A stretch of DNA of 64,000 nucleotides from assembly GCA_963663545.1 (NCBI GenBank), contig OY760505.1:2176001-2240000 (forward strand), in the 5' to 3' direction. Made by a program: the position numbers and the translations under genes. Positions 10,601 through 19,400 of this stretch are shown in pieces (position 1 is the stretch's first letter; each line of letters opens with the position of its first letter). Under the pieces are notes generated by a model. That model made no database searches. It was not told where the DNA came from and saw only the letters and a program-made list of their open reading frames with translations. Source of the stretch: Candidatus Delongbacteria bacterium (GTDB lineage Bacteria > CAIWAD01).

Positions 10601-12204
10601 CCGACGGCGGAGGCGTCTACACTTTCCATGATCTGGTGGATCACATCTTTGTTGTCGAGTGGCACGAGATGAGCTTCAACGGTGGAAGTTCAAACCGTAA
10701 CACATTCCAGGTGCTGCTGCATGATCCTGCGTATCACGAAACTCAGAGCGGCGATGGCGATATCGTGATGCAGTGGAACACCTGGAACAACGAGCAGGAG
10801 AACTCCACCGACTTCCCTTACTGCAGTGTCGGCATCGAAAGCCCGGATAATCAGAGCGGATTCAACCTGAGCAACTACAACATCAACGGAGAGAGCGTCT
10901 TTGACATGTACGCCGCCAAGGCCGTCTGCTTCAGCACGGACAGGGGTGAGCGTCTGGTTAACGAGACCATGCCGCCCATTCTACATTTCCTTCCGCCACA
11001 GCTGGTTCAGTGCGACTACCCGATTCTCTTCCACTGTTTTGCCTTTGATCCTTCGGGTGTGGACGAGGTCATTCTGCACGTTCTGGAAGATGGCGGTGAT
11101 ACAGCTAGTCCGATGAGCTGGAGCGCGGAGTATCAGAGGTACGAGGTAACGTTACCTGCGCGTGCAGTCGGGGATGAGTTTGCCGTCTTTGTTGCCGCCA
11201 GTGATCAGGCGACAACGCCCAACTGGGCGATCTCCGACACCACTCAGGTTGTTGTCCACCTGGGGAATCCGGTTTCGGGACCCGATGGCTACGGCCATGC
11301 GGCCCGTGAGGAGGCGGACATCGGCAGTGTGGCTTACAGCTGGGTTGACGTTGCCACACCCGAAAACCGTCTGGACTTCAGCAACGTCTATTACAGGTAT
11401 ATGCCGACGGATCCTCTACGATTGGTCTGGTTCGGCGAGGAGTTCGATTTTCTCACCATTAGCAACTTCGGCGTTTTCAACTTCGGTCAGGAGCCTACCT
11501 ACTGGATGGACCTTTCGCCCATGGCCGACAACAATGGAACCCCAAACCAGGTCAACATTCTGGCGGGGTGGTTTACCTGGTTCGAGGATGTGGATATCTA
11601 CTGCGACATCGACGAGGAGGAAGACCGGGTGGTGATCAGCTTCCATGGCCTGGAGGGCGTTTCGGAAGAGGGGGAGTACTACGACGCGACCTTCCAGGCG
11701 GTCGTTTACGATGCGGATCGCTATCCAACGACCAACGGTGATTCGGCCATTCTCTTTCAGTACCAGCACGTGCGCGACCTTACCTGGTCCTCCGTTGGCT
11801 TCCAGAACGAGAGCATGAGCGATGGACTCAATCTGTGTTACAACGGGGAGCTCATCGATAATTTGAGTGAGTTGGATGACGGCACAGCCATTCTGATCAG
11901 CTCGGGTTGGGTAGTAGATGTTCCGCCATCGCTACAAGCACTGACTTTTCGGATTGAGGGCGTGTGGCCCAATCCCTTCAATCCCACAGCGCGCGTCAGC
12001 TTCCAATTGCCCGATGCGGGACCGGTGAAGCTGTCCTTGTACAACCTGTTGGGGCAGGAAGTAACCCAGCTGATCAATGCTCAGATGCCTGCGGGTAGCC
12101 ACAACGTCATGCTCGATGGCGAGGGTCTGGCCAGCGGAATCTATCTGCTGCGTCTCTCCTGCGGAGACAGGCAGGAGGTGCGGCGGGTGACGCTCTTGCG
12201 TTGA
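7630..12204 (+). CDS. Gingipain-like C25-family protein, close full-length paralog of 2940..7517
   Basis: Colinear with the upstream paralog over its whole length. The ATG at 7630 follows GGAGGAG, giving MWKAVV versus MWRAMT. Same motifs and C-terminal domain. Confidence 0.85.
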   Translation: MWKAVVLGLLLTGAARAIAAVATESESHISVQVHFGAVELVDVSLAGRQWQELRCDTPSLPGTAGAPSLPWITRLIELPPTGRFSCNYSLSGTEILRAPALIPEQERVSDERSSGPLPFVLDESAYTGSTLWSQQDVILGEPVIVRNRRMAKLTWYPCRWNPENGELLVSHELDLVIQPESGAGTNELRFELPRHNGPLEHLANALLDVPLAHEDGTLSSIFDRPALPGTYLIIGHSGALTNSLMQQFIEWKRSRGHVVHVYDEEQIGTLNADNIYSAIRNSYYNDEYPPDFVMLIGDPDGDADFHLPARDTQYDGEQDHGYSRLEGDDILGDVAVGRISVSNQAQLASVLTKIMLYEKTPLAAGEDWLARAALSTGYDAVSMVHLCRSIAQRFRDAGYMRVDTLWYHSSASWVNARFNEGISQYCYRGWIDMNGVTTSFVNNDANFTNSGRCPVACIFTCSTGDFNGNLSTTEAFLRKGTIDNPRGAVAAMGFATSATHTAYNNAVVAGYYSGIHDLQLPIGPAVFRGKYNLWATLPEGDINAIAFSNRANLMGDPGLEDWNGPPQALTLSCAEGSEIPFGQALLTFRVADENGDPLEGVTVCAYQAGHLQERALTNAAGVSRLSLVGAVPGEILVTASARNFFPEQMLLPLGEASSMLVLVGAAPDALIPGVPNTVSPQLRNGGSTELNAISLQFNTEGNSFFLSDSLSSLVGLAPGEELAGDPITLVPVATLVDGGVLQIPVTLGANGFERADGLGLSVVAPVLDLVEARFNDAEVLDPAMDIELKLRYTNTGHLDAEGLRFELSSTDPMLSVVSQPEGAVSLGVGQSADIHATISLSAAAFDGCVLELQCHWSCSNGPAGDLEHRFAVGTPTTLAPGGPDAYGYYLYEDLDNNTKSPIFDWREIAEIGTQLPISDLVDQDDEALRIELPFDFVYYGQSYSSVVVCTNGFIAFGTGAEFDPHYRNHRLPSATGPHGMVAPFWDDLLTADGGGVYTFHDLVDHIFVVEWHEMSFNGGSSNRNTFQVLLHDPAYHETQSGDGDIVMQWNTWNNEQENSTDFPYCSVGIESPDNQSGFNLSNYNINGESVFDMYAAKAVCFSTDRGERLVNETMPPILHFLPPQLVQCDYPILFHCFAFDPSGVDEVILHVLEDGGDTASPMSWSAEYQRYEVTLPARAVGDEFAVFVAASDQATTPNWAISDTTQVVVHLGNPVSGPDGYGHAAREEADIGSVAYSWVDVATPENRLDFSNVYYRYMPTDPLRLVWFGEEFDFLTISNFGVFNFGQEPTYWMDLSPMADNNGTPNQVNILAGWFTWFEDVDIYCDIDEEEDRVVISFHGLEGVSEEGEYYDATFQAVVYDADRYPTTNGDSAILFQYQHVRDLTWSSVGFQNESMSDGLNLCYNGELIDNLSELDDGTAILISSGWVVDVPPSLQALTFRIEGVWPNPFNPTARVSFQLPDAGPVKLSLYNLLGQEVTQLINAQMPAGSHNVMLDGEGLASGIYLLRLSCGDRQEVRRVTLLR

Positions 12205-12217
12205 CACTATGAACATC

Positions 12218-12245
12218 AAAGAGCCGGCGCAAGTCGGCTCTTTTT
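12218..12245 (+). terminator. Intrinsic terminator of the C25 array
   Basis: AAAGAGCCGGC-GCAA-GTCGGCTC-TTTTT. Confidence 0.8.
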
Positions 12246-12322
12246 CATTTGAGGGCACTTTTCGAGAAACCTCCCCCTCGGCCTTCCGGTTTAGCTCTTT
12301 TTGCCATAAACGGAGGTTTCCC

Positions 12323-13318
12323 ATGAAACAGGCTACTGCACTTCGGCGGACGAGCGTCTGCCTGCTTGCCGCACTGCTACTGATTCCCGCGCTGGCCTTG
12401 GCGAAGGGCGCGCTCATCGGCATCTATCCCAAGGATTTGTCTGACGCAATGCGCACGGCGCTCGATTACGAAGAGCCCGGCATTCTGATTGTAGAGTTGG
12501 TTGAGGATGGTGGCGCAATGGCGGCCGGTGTTGAGGTTGGCGATATCCTTCAGAAAGTGGATGACACTCCGATTCACTCCGTTGAGCGGCTGACGACACT
12601 GATGAAGCGCCAGCAGCCGGGCACGGAGGTCGATTTGCTGGTCGTCCGCAAGGGCAAGGAGAAGCACATCAAGGTGACGCTGACGGAGCGCAAGACCAAG
12701 TCGAGTAGCTGGACGCTGCCTGAGGGAATGTCCTTCACGCAGGAAAATCGCCCCTACATCGGCATCTATCTGGAAGAGGTGACCGATGAGCTGGCCAAAT
12801 TCTTTGGACACAAGGACGGCTACGGCATTCTCATCTCAGGCATTGCCGAGAATTCACCCGCAGAGTCAGCCAAGTTGGAGGTGGGGGATCTGCTGGTTGG
12901 CATCGACGAGGAGGACGTCCACAGTGTCAAGGATCTGCACAAATACCTGGGCAAGAAAGAGGTTGGTGACGAAGTTACGCTGCACGTGATTCGCGAGAAG
13001 AAAGAGCGCACGATCAAGCTCACCTTGGGCGAGCGCAACAAGGGTGAAGACCACGGTGCCATGATCATTCGTATCGAAGACGAGGACGGAATTCACACCA
13101 TTAACACCGAAACGAACTTTGACTTTGAGGAAGCCGGTTGGAACTTCTTCGACAACGGCTGGCAGGTGTTTGATCGCCTGGAAGGTCTGGAAGGACTTGA
13201 GTGCCTTGAAGAACTGGAAGACCTGAACATTGAGACCGATGGCGATAGCCGCATCATTATTCGCGATGATGAAGACACGATCGAGATCCTGCGCGGTTCA
13301 TCGAACGATATCTATTGA
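12323..13318 (+). CDS. Secreted/periplasmic protein with two PDZ domains and an acidic C-terminal tail
   Basis: GGAGG RBS before the ATG at 12323; signal peptide. Two PDZ units (ALIGIY..GILIVEL..GGA..AGV.VGD; PYIGIY..GILISGI..SPA..A.L.VGD). No trypsin domain seen. Confidence 0.8.
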   Translation: MKQATALRRTSVCLLAALLLIPALALAKGALIGIYPKDLSDAMRTALDYEEPGILIVELVEDGGAMAAGVEVGDILQKVDDTPIHSVERLTTLMKRQQPGTEVDLLVVRKGKEKHIKVTLTERKTKSSSWTLPEGMSFTQENRPYIGIYLEEVTDELAKFFGHKDGYGILISGIAENSPAESAKLEVGDLLVGIDEEDVHSVKDLHKYLGKKEVGDEVTLHVIREKKERTIKLTLGERNKGEDHGAMIIRIEDEDGIHTINTETNFDFEEAGWNFFDNGWQVFDRLEGLEGLECLEELEDLNIETDGDSRIIIRDDEDTIEILRGSSNDIY

Positions 13319-13344
13319 AGTAGACGGAAGAGTCTCTGGAAGGG

Positions 13345-13369
13345 CCCCGCTCAGGCGGGGTTTTTCTTT
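13345..13369 (+). terminator. Intrinsic terminator between convergent genes
   Basis: CCCCGC-TCAG-GCGGGG-TTTTTCTTT. Confidence 0.7.
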
Positions 13370-14211
13370 ACCCGTGTTGCGATCCCGCGGCGTCTAAGCG
13401 TAGCCAGCAGCCAGCACAGACCGAAGCCAGCGGTAGCCACTAGCACAATGCTCGGGCCGCTGGCGATTCCCGCGTAATACGAAAGATAGAGGCCGCAGAT
13501 GCTGGAAACGGCCGCCAGCACCCCCGAAAGCAACATCATCGTTGGCAGGCGCGAACACAACAGCCAGGCACCAGCCGCAGGTGTTACAAGCATGGCTACC
13601 ATCAGCGCAATGCCCACCGTTTGCAACGATACCATGATGGTCAAGGCGATCAGTGCCAGCAGCAGTGTATCCAGCAGTCGCCAGGGCAGGCGCACCGTAC
13701 GTGCGTAGACGGGGTCAAAGGAGAGCAGCAGGAATTCCTTGTAGAAGAGGAAGACCAGCGCGATTACCAGCAGGCTGAAAAGCACGATTAGCAGGAGGTC
13801 GCTGCCGCCCACGCTGAGCACATCGCCAAAAAGGAAATGCGTCAGATCCAGACTATAGTCGCGCACTGTGGAAATGAGCGCGATGCCCAGAGCGAACATG
13901 GCGGCGAAGGTCACACCAATGGCCGTGTCCTGTTTGATGCGCGTACGCCGACTGAGGGTGCCAATGCCGAAAGCGCTGAGCAGCGCGGCGGCCATACCCC
14001 ACCAGAAGAGCGGTCGCCGGTCGCCGTGTCCCAGCAGATAGCCGATGGCAACGCCGGGCAGGATGGCATGAGCAAGGGCGTCTCCGTAGAAGGCCATGCC
14101 GCGTAACACGACGAAACAACCAATAATAGCGCAGGTTAAGCCAACGGTCAGGGCCGCAGCAAGTCCACGCAGCATGAAGCCGTATTGCAAAGGTTCCAGA
14201 AGCCAATGCAT
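13351..14211 (-). CDS. znuB: Zn/Mn ABC transporter permease
   Basis: GCFVVLRGMAFYGDALAHAILPG, DTAIG, FLFGDVL, SFDP motifs. The ATG overlaps the upstream TGA. Confidence 0.9.
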   Translation of the reverse strand: MHWLLEPLQYGFMLRGLAAALTVGLTCAIIGCFVVLRGMAFYGDALAHAILPGVAIGYLLGHGDRRPLFWWGMAAALLSAFGIGTLSRRTRIKQDTAIGVTFAAMFALGIALISTVRDYSLDLTHFLFGDVLSVGGSDLLLIVLFSLLVIALVFLFYKEFLLLSFDPVYARTVRLPWRLLDTLLLALIALTIMVSLQTVGIALMVAMLVTPAAGAWLLCSRLPTMMLLSGVLAAVSSICGLYLSYYAGIASGPSIVLVATAGFGLCWLLATLRRRGIATRVKKNPA

Positions 14212-15011
14212 CAATTGCACCTCCCGCTGCAGCCCGAGTCGGTTACGGCACAGCGCTTGTCCAAATGCAAGTGCCGCCCGTAGGCTGTGGTCAAATGGTC
14301 GTGAGTCAGCACTTCAGCAGGAGTACCATCGGCTACCAGTCCGCCCTTGAGCAACAGAATGCGCTGGAAATGGCGGCTGGCTTGACCCAGGTCGTGCAGG
14401 CTCATCAGCACCGTGACACAATCCTGGTGCAGATCCTCGAGCAACTGAAAGATGTCGGATTGCGCCTGACTGTCCAGGCCTGTGAGCGGCTCGTCGAGCA
14501 AGAGCAGGTGCGCCTCCTGTGCTAGTGCTCGTGCGATGAAAACGCGCTGCTGTTGCCCACCAGAAAGCTCACCGATGTGACGGTGTGATACATGGGCAAG
14601 TTGCACTGATTCCAGCGCCTCTAGGGCGAGTTGGCGATCGTGCGCCGTAGGGCGGTGCAGCAGTCCAAGCCTGGGCACACGTCCCATCAGCACCAGATCC
14701 AGGGCGGTTACCGGAAAGTGCCAGTCGATGGTGGATCGCTGCGGTACGTAGCTGATGCAGCGGTGGCCAACGGGCGGACGTCCGAAAACGGCAATTTCAC
14801 CACTACGCTGCTTCAGCAATCCAGCAATCAGGCGCAGTAGTGTTGTCTTGCCTGCGCCATTGGGACCGATAATGCCGACCATTTCACCGTTTTGAATGCG
14901 CAGACTGAACTCGTGTAACACGGTCGTTTCGTCAAAGCTCACGCTGGCATTGCGTATCACAACTGGCTCGGCCTGGTGCTCTGCGTCGCGCCTGAATTGC
15001 AGCAGCTTCAT
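14211..15011 (-). CDS. znuC: Zn/Mn ABC transporter ATPase
   Basis: GPNGAGKT, YVPQR, LSGGQQQR, LLLDEP. Confidence 0.9.
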   Translation of the reverse strand: MKLLQFRRDAEHQAEPVVIRNASVSFDETTVLHEFSLRIQNGEMVGIIGPNGAGKTTLLRLIAGLLKQRSGEIAVFGRPPVGHRCISYVPQRSTIDWHFPVTALDLVLMGRVPRLGLLHRPTAHDRQLALEALESVQLAHVSHRHIGELSGGQQQRVFIARALAQEAHLLLLDEPLTGLDSQAQSDIFQLLEDLHQDCVTVLMSLHDLGQASRHFQRILLLKGGLVADGTPAEVLTHDHLTTAYGRHLHLDKRCAVTDSGCSGRCN

Positions 15012-15982
15012 TTAAGCGCCTCGCAGATGGCGTTGACCGCATTGCGCATGAAGCCCAGGTAGTTGTCACCTGTGCTGCCTTTCTTCTCCAACGATCCCAG
15101 TGACAGCGGCACGATCGTGATACCGGTGTCCTCGTGGAGTTGGCGTCCCAGCGCAGGATTTGCCTGGCGACTCAGGAAGACGGCGGGAATGTGCTCCGCG
15201 CGCAACTGCACCTCAAGCGCGGCCAAATCCCGCGCGTTGGGGCTGCTGAGGCTGGAAAACCCCTGTATCATACTTCCCACCTGGGTGAATCCGTAGCGCC
15301 TAGCGAACCAGCCGAAGACCATGTGGTCACCGACCAGCAATCGTCGGGCAGGTGGTATGTGTGATACACGCTCGCGGATCCAGGCATCCAGTGCAAGCAG
15401 GCTGTCGCCCATTGCTGAGGCGCGCGTGCCGATCTCTTCAGCCTTGTCGGGAACGAGCCGCTGCAGCTCTTCGCAGATGCGCGTGTTCCAGTGATGCACG
15501 GCAAGTGGATCCAGCCAGGCGTGAGGGTCGCCGCTGTGGTTGTGATGCATATGCTCGTCGTGATGCACCGTCTCTGTGTGATGACTGTGCTCGTCCTCGT
15601 GCGTGCCAGACTTGTGGTCTTCGCCAAGTTCGGGGACGGCGAGGCCTTCGCTGAGTTCAATACGGCGCTGCTCGACGGGAAGTCCCGATAGGATGGGTTC
15701 CAAAAAGGACTCCAGGCCCAGACCATTCAAGAGAAGCAGGCGGGACTGATGCAGGCGTGCCATCTCACCGGGCGTCGGCTGATAGGCGTGCGGGTCGCTT
15801 TCGCGCGGGAGCAGTACTTGTAGATCAACGTCCGGGCCACCAATGCGGGTTACAAGGTCTCCGATGAAGGTCGTGCTGGCGCTGACTTGCGGCAGTTGCG
15901 AATTCTGTCCGGGACCCCCGCAGGAGAGTAGTGTCAGCGGCAGCAGCAGAAGGAGGGCACGATGAAAACCAAAGTTAGGCAT
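15008..15982 (-). CDS. znuA: Zn/Mn ABC transporter substrate-binding lipoprotein with His-rich loop
   Basis: Lipobox LLSC, DPHAYQPTP, NGLGLE, a His-rich loop and DPHAWLDP. Confidence 0.9.
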   Translation of the reverse strand: MPNFGFHRALLLLLPLTLLSCGGPGQNSQLPQVSASTTFIGDLVTRIGGPDVDLQVLLPRESDPHAYQPTPGEMARLHQSRLLLLNGLGLESFLEPILSGLPVEQRRIELSEGLAVPELGEDHKSGTHEDEHSHHTETVHHDEHMHHNHSGDPHAWLDPLAVHHWNTRICEELQRLVPDKAEEIGTRASAMGDSLLALDAWIRERVSHIPPARRLLVGDHMVFGWFARRYGFTQVGSMIQGFSSLSSPNARDLAALEVQLRAEHIPAVFLSRQANPALGRQLHEDTGITIVPLSLGSLEKKGSTGDNYLGFMRNAVNAICEALK

Positions 15983-16066
15983 GGCAAATAATCTATTGAT
16001 TGAGAAATAAAACGAGTGCATATTCAACTCCGTCAAAAAGGTTCCTTGCGGACAAAAGGGGGCGCA

Positions 16067-16423
16067 ATGTCACGCAAGAATAGATTGTACTTGATCGCGT
16101 TGATCCTTGTGATCGGCGGAAGTGATTCCAACCTGTTCTGGCTTTCCGGCGAGGCTGGGCCCGCGGACTGGGTTTCCATTGCTGCAGCAGCGCAGCCAGC
16201 GGTTGCGCAACCTGCGACCGCCTCGGTGGACGGGATGATAGCATTTGGCGAGCGAACAATCGGCTTCGATGCCCAGGATGCTTGCTGTGGCTCTACCTCT
16301 GTATCACAAGGTGGTCTGGTAAGGCTGGACCTCCATCCGTCGCTTGCGGGTACCGCATCCTGCTCATGCTGCACCCCGCTGCAGACGCATGTAGATACCG
16401 GCTGTGCAACCGTACGACTCTAG
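16067..16423 (+). CDS. Small hypothetical protein with N-terminal hydrophobic segment and Cys clusters
   Basis: AAGGGGG RBS-like motif; MSRKNRLYLIALILVIGG; DACCG and SCSCC; followed by a hairpin at 16430..16459. Confidence 0.45.
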   Translation: MSRKNRLYLIALILVIGGSDSNLFWLSGEAGPADWVSIAAAAQPAVAQPATASVDGMIAFGERTIGFDAQDACCGSTSVSQGGLVRLDLHPSLAGTASCSCCTPLQTHVDTGCATVRL

Positions 16424-16486
16424 GCGAAACCGGCTCCCATCCATTTGGAAAGGAGCCGGGTAGAGAGAGGGAAGAGGTGGGCAATG

Positions 16487-19400
16487 CTACGGTCGGAGCT
16501 GGCCCGTTGCCTGCAGATAGCGAAGGGAGGCCATGCGTAGCTCAATGCGCGCATCGATCAACTCGCTCTGTGCCTTCAGGACTCCGGCGCGAGCCTCCAG
16601 CAACTCCGACATGCTGATTACTCCGTTCTGGTAACTATCCTCACTGACCGATGCGTCTTGCTGCGCCAGCTCCAGGTTGTGATTCATCAACTCCAGCTGG
16701 TCACAGGTTACGCAGTACTCCAGCCAGCACTTGTCCATCTGCACAAGCATCAGCTCGGCCTTGTCGGCCTGATTTGTCTCTGCAATGCGACGATGGCCGC
16801 GCTCTGCTGCGATTTTGTGCGATCCACCCCACCAATCCGTCAGGGGCACGCTAAGGCTAAGGAAGCCGAGTGCGTTGTTCTCAGCCTCCTTGTCGTCCAG
16901 TGTCATACGATAGACGGTTACCCCGATAGCCAGGGTGGGAAGGCATTCGCCCAACGCCAGCGTTTGATTCAGCTCAGCAGCGCGTGAAGCATACGCAAGC
17001 AGCAAGGTTTCGTGTCGTGTTGTCAGTGCAAGTGCGTGATCCACTTTCTGCAGTGTATCACCACCTTGGCTGAAGGAAAGGGGCTGCAGCTCAATGTCTG
17101 TGTCACGCTCCAGGCCAAGGAATTGACAGAAGGCCATCTGCGCCAAATGCCTTCCATTCCGCAACCGGGTTTTATTGACCTGTACGCGCCCGCGCTCCAA
17201 CTGGACTTTCAGCAGATCATTGCGCAACACAAGTCCGCCCTGGTAGGCGTCTGTCACTTGCGCTTCAAGTTCCAGAAGCATCTGTTCGTAAGCATCAAGA
17301 GTAGATAGCTGCTGATCCAGAGCGATGAGCTGACAATAGCGCGCTTCCACATCAACATGCATCTCTTCGTGCTTCAGCGCGAGTTGCTGCTCCCGGACCT
17401 CTACGCCGACTTGTGCCAGACGGTTGCCATTGATTATGCGGCCCCCGGCGAACAGCGGTTGTGTCACCGTGACACTTCCCAGGCTGAGTTCGTCCAGCAT
17501 GCCCAGTTCAACACCGGGGAAGTAGGCATACTGGCTTGCTGAGGCAATGTTGGCCGGATTACCGTCGTAGACAGGAAGGTTGCCGCCCTCCATCTCGATC
17601 TCAATCATCGGATCTTTGGCACGCATGGCAAGGATACTGGCGCTAGCGCTTGGGAAATAGTGTGTGCGGGCTTCGCCGCGTACTTCACGAGCCGCTTTCA
17701 GTTCTTCCTGAGCATTCAAGTACTCGGCATTGTGCTGTAGTGCGAGAGCCTGGCAATCCTGAAGTGTAAGCCGAGTCTGTGCCTGTGCGGGATGTGTCAC
17801 GGACGCTGTCATGAGGAGTAGAAGAAACAGACCGGCGACATGTGATACGTGGGATGAATCCTTTGACCTGCCTGGACCCAGTAGTGAGTAGAGTACAGGC
17901 AGTACTACCAGAGTCAGAAGCATGGTCAGCAGTAGACCGAAACAGACCACCGTGCCCAGTGGCCCCCAAAGGGGCGAGCGACTGACGATCATGGGTATCA
18001 CGCCGACAGCGGCTGCTGAGGCGGTCAGGAAGATGGGACGCATACGACGACGACCGGCTGCCATTGCCGCCTCCTCAAGAGTCATCCCCTGCCGTGTACG
18101 TAGATGTTCAGCGTAATCCATGTAGATGATGCCGTTGCGGATCACCATTCCCACCAGACTGATCACACCGATGAAAGCCGTTAGGCTGAAGGGATAGCCC
18201 ATGCTGATCAGACCGATAACGGCGCCAAAGAGACAGAGGGGTATAATGCTCATTACCAGCATTGCCAGACGAATCGTGGAAAATTGGAAGAGCAGGATGA
18301 AGAAGATGACCGCCACACTGACGGCTAGTGATTTGGCGAGCGGGATGTAGTTGTCTTGTGAGTCCTTGAAATCGCCACCGTAGGACAGGCTGATCCCGGG
18401 GGGCAGTTGCATAGCCGCCAACTGAGGAGCCAGCTCGTGCATCACGCGGTGTGAGCGTCCTTGTTGGGTCAGGTCAGCGGACACCGTGATACAGCGCACT
18501 CCGTTGCGATGCATGATGTGCCCTTCGCTAGCGTCAGGCTGCAGCGTAGTCAGATTGCGAACGCGTGCTGAGCGACTACCCAGCCAGGAGTTGACATAGA
18601 TGTTGAGCAGATCATCGCTATTCTGCACTTCGCTATCCAGCTGCTTCAGCCTAACGCCCACAGGATAGTCGCCTTCCCAGACGGTGGCCAGCGGCAGACC
18701 CTCTGTAGCGGCTGCAACGGTGTAGGCAATCGCCGATTTGCTAATGCCCAGGCGGTTGGCTTCGTCTTCATTCACCACAAGCCTCAGGCCGTGAAGCTGC
18801 ATGCCAAAGTCATCGCGCACCCAACCCACGCCCTCAATGGCGCGCAGGCGAGATTTGATCTCTTCAGCCGTTTGGTGCATCACGGGTAAGTCCTTGCCTG
18901 TGAGACGGACTTCAACGGGAGATTTTGCCACACCGAAGAAGATGCGCCGGAAGCGGCAGGTTGCCTCCGGAATAGGCGACTGATAGCTGTCCGCGTACTC
19001 CTGTACCAGCTCAACAGTCGCATCATCGTCTGCTGTGTTGACAATCAACTGAGCGTAGTTTGAGCCGGGCACTTGCGGTGCGTAGAGCGTGTGGAAGCGA
19101 GGAGAACTGGTGCCGACAAAGGCGGTCACGTGTGTCACACGAGCGTCGGTCAACAACAGGTTCTGCAGGCTGTCGGCGGCCTGGGCCGTGCGATCCAGCG
19201 AGCTGCCGTTGGCCAGGTAGATTTCCACTGCGAACTGGTTGCGGTCCATTTTGGGGCCGAACTGATTATCCAAGCCAGAGCCCAGTATTAGCGTCAGTAC
19301 CAACATGCCCAGCGCGAAGAGTACCACCACGGCCTTGTGGCGAAAGGCCTGCCCGAGCAAGCGATCATAGAGGATCTGCATGTGATCCAGCATGCTTGGA

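Noticed and set aside
15983..16066. Possible Zur/Fur box upstream of znuA
   Set aside because: AT-rich with TTGA...TCAA ends, but no convincing palindrome could be defined by eye.
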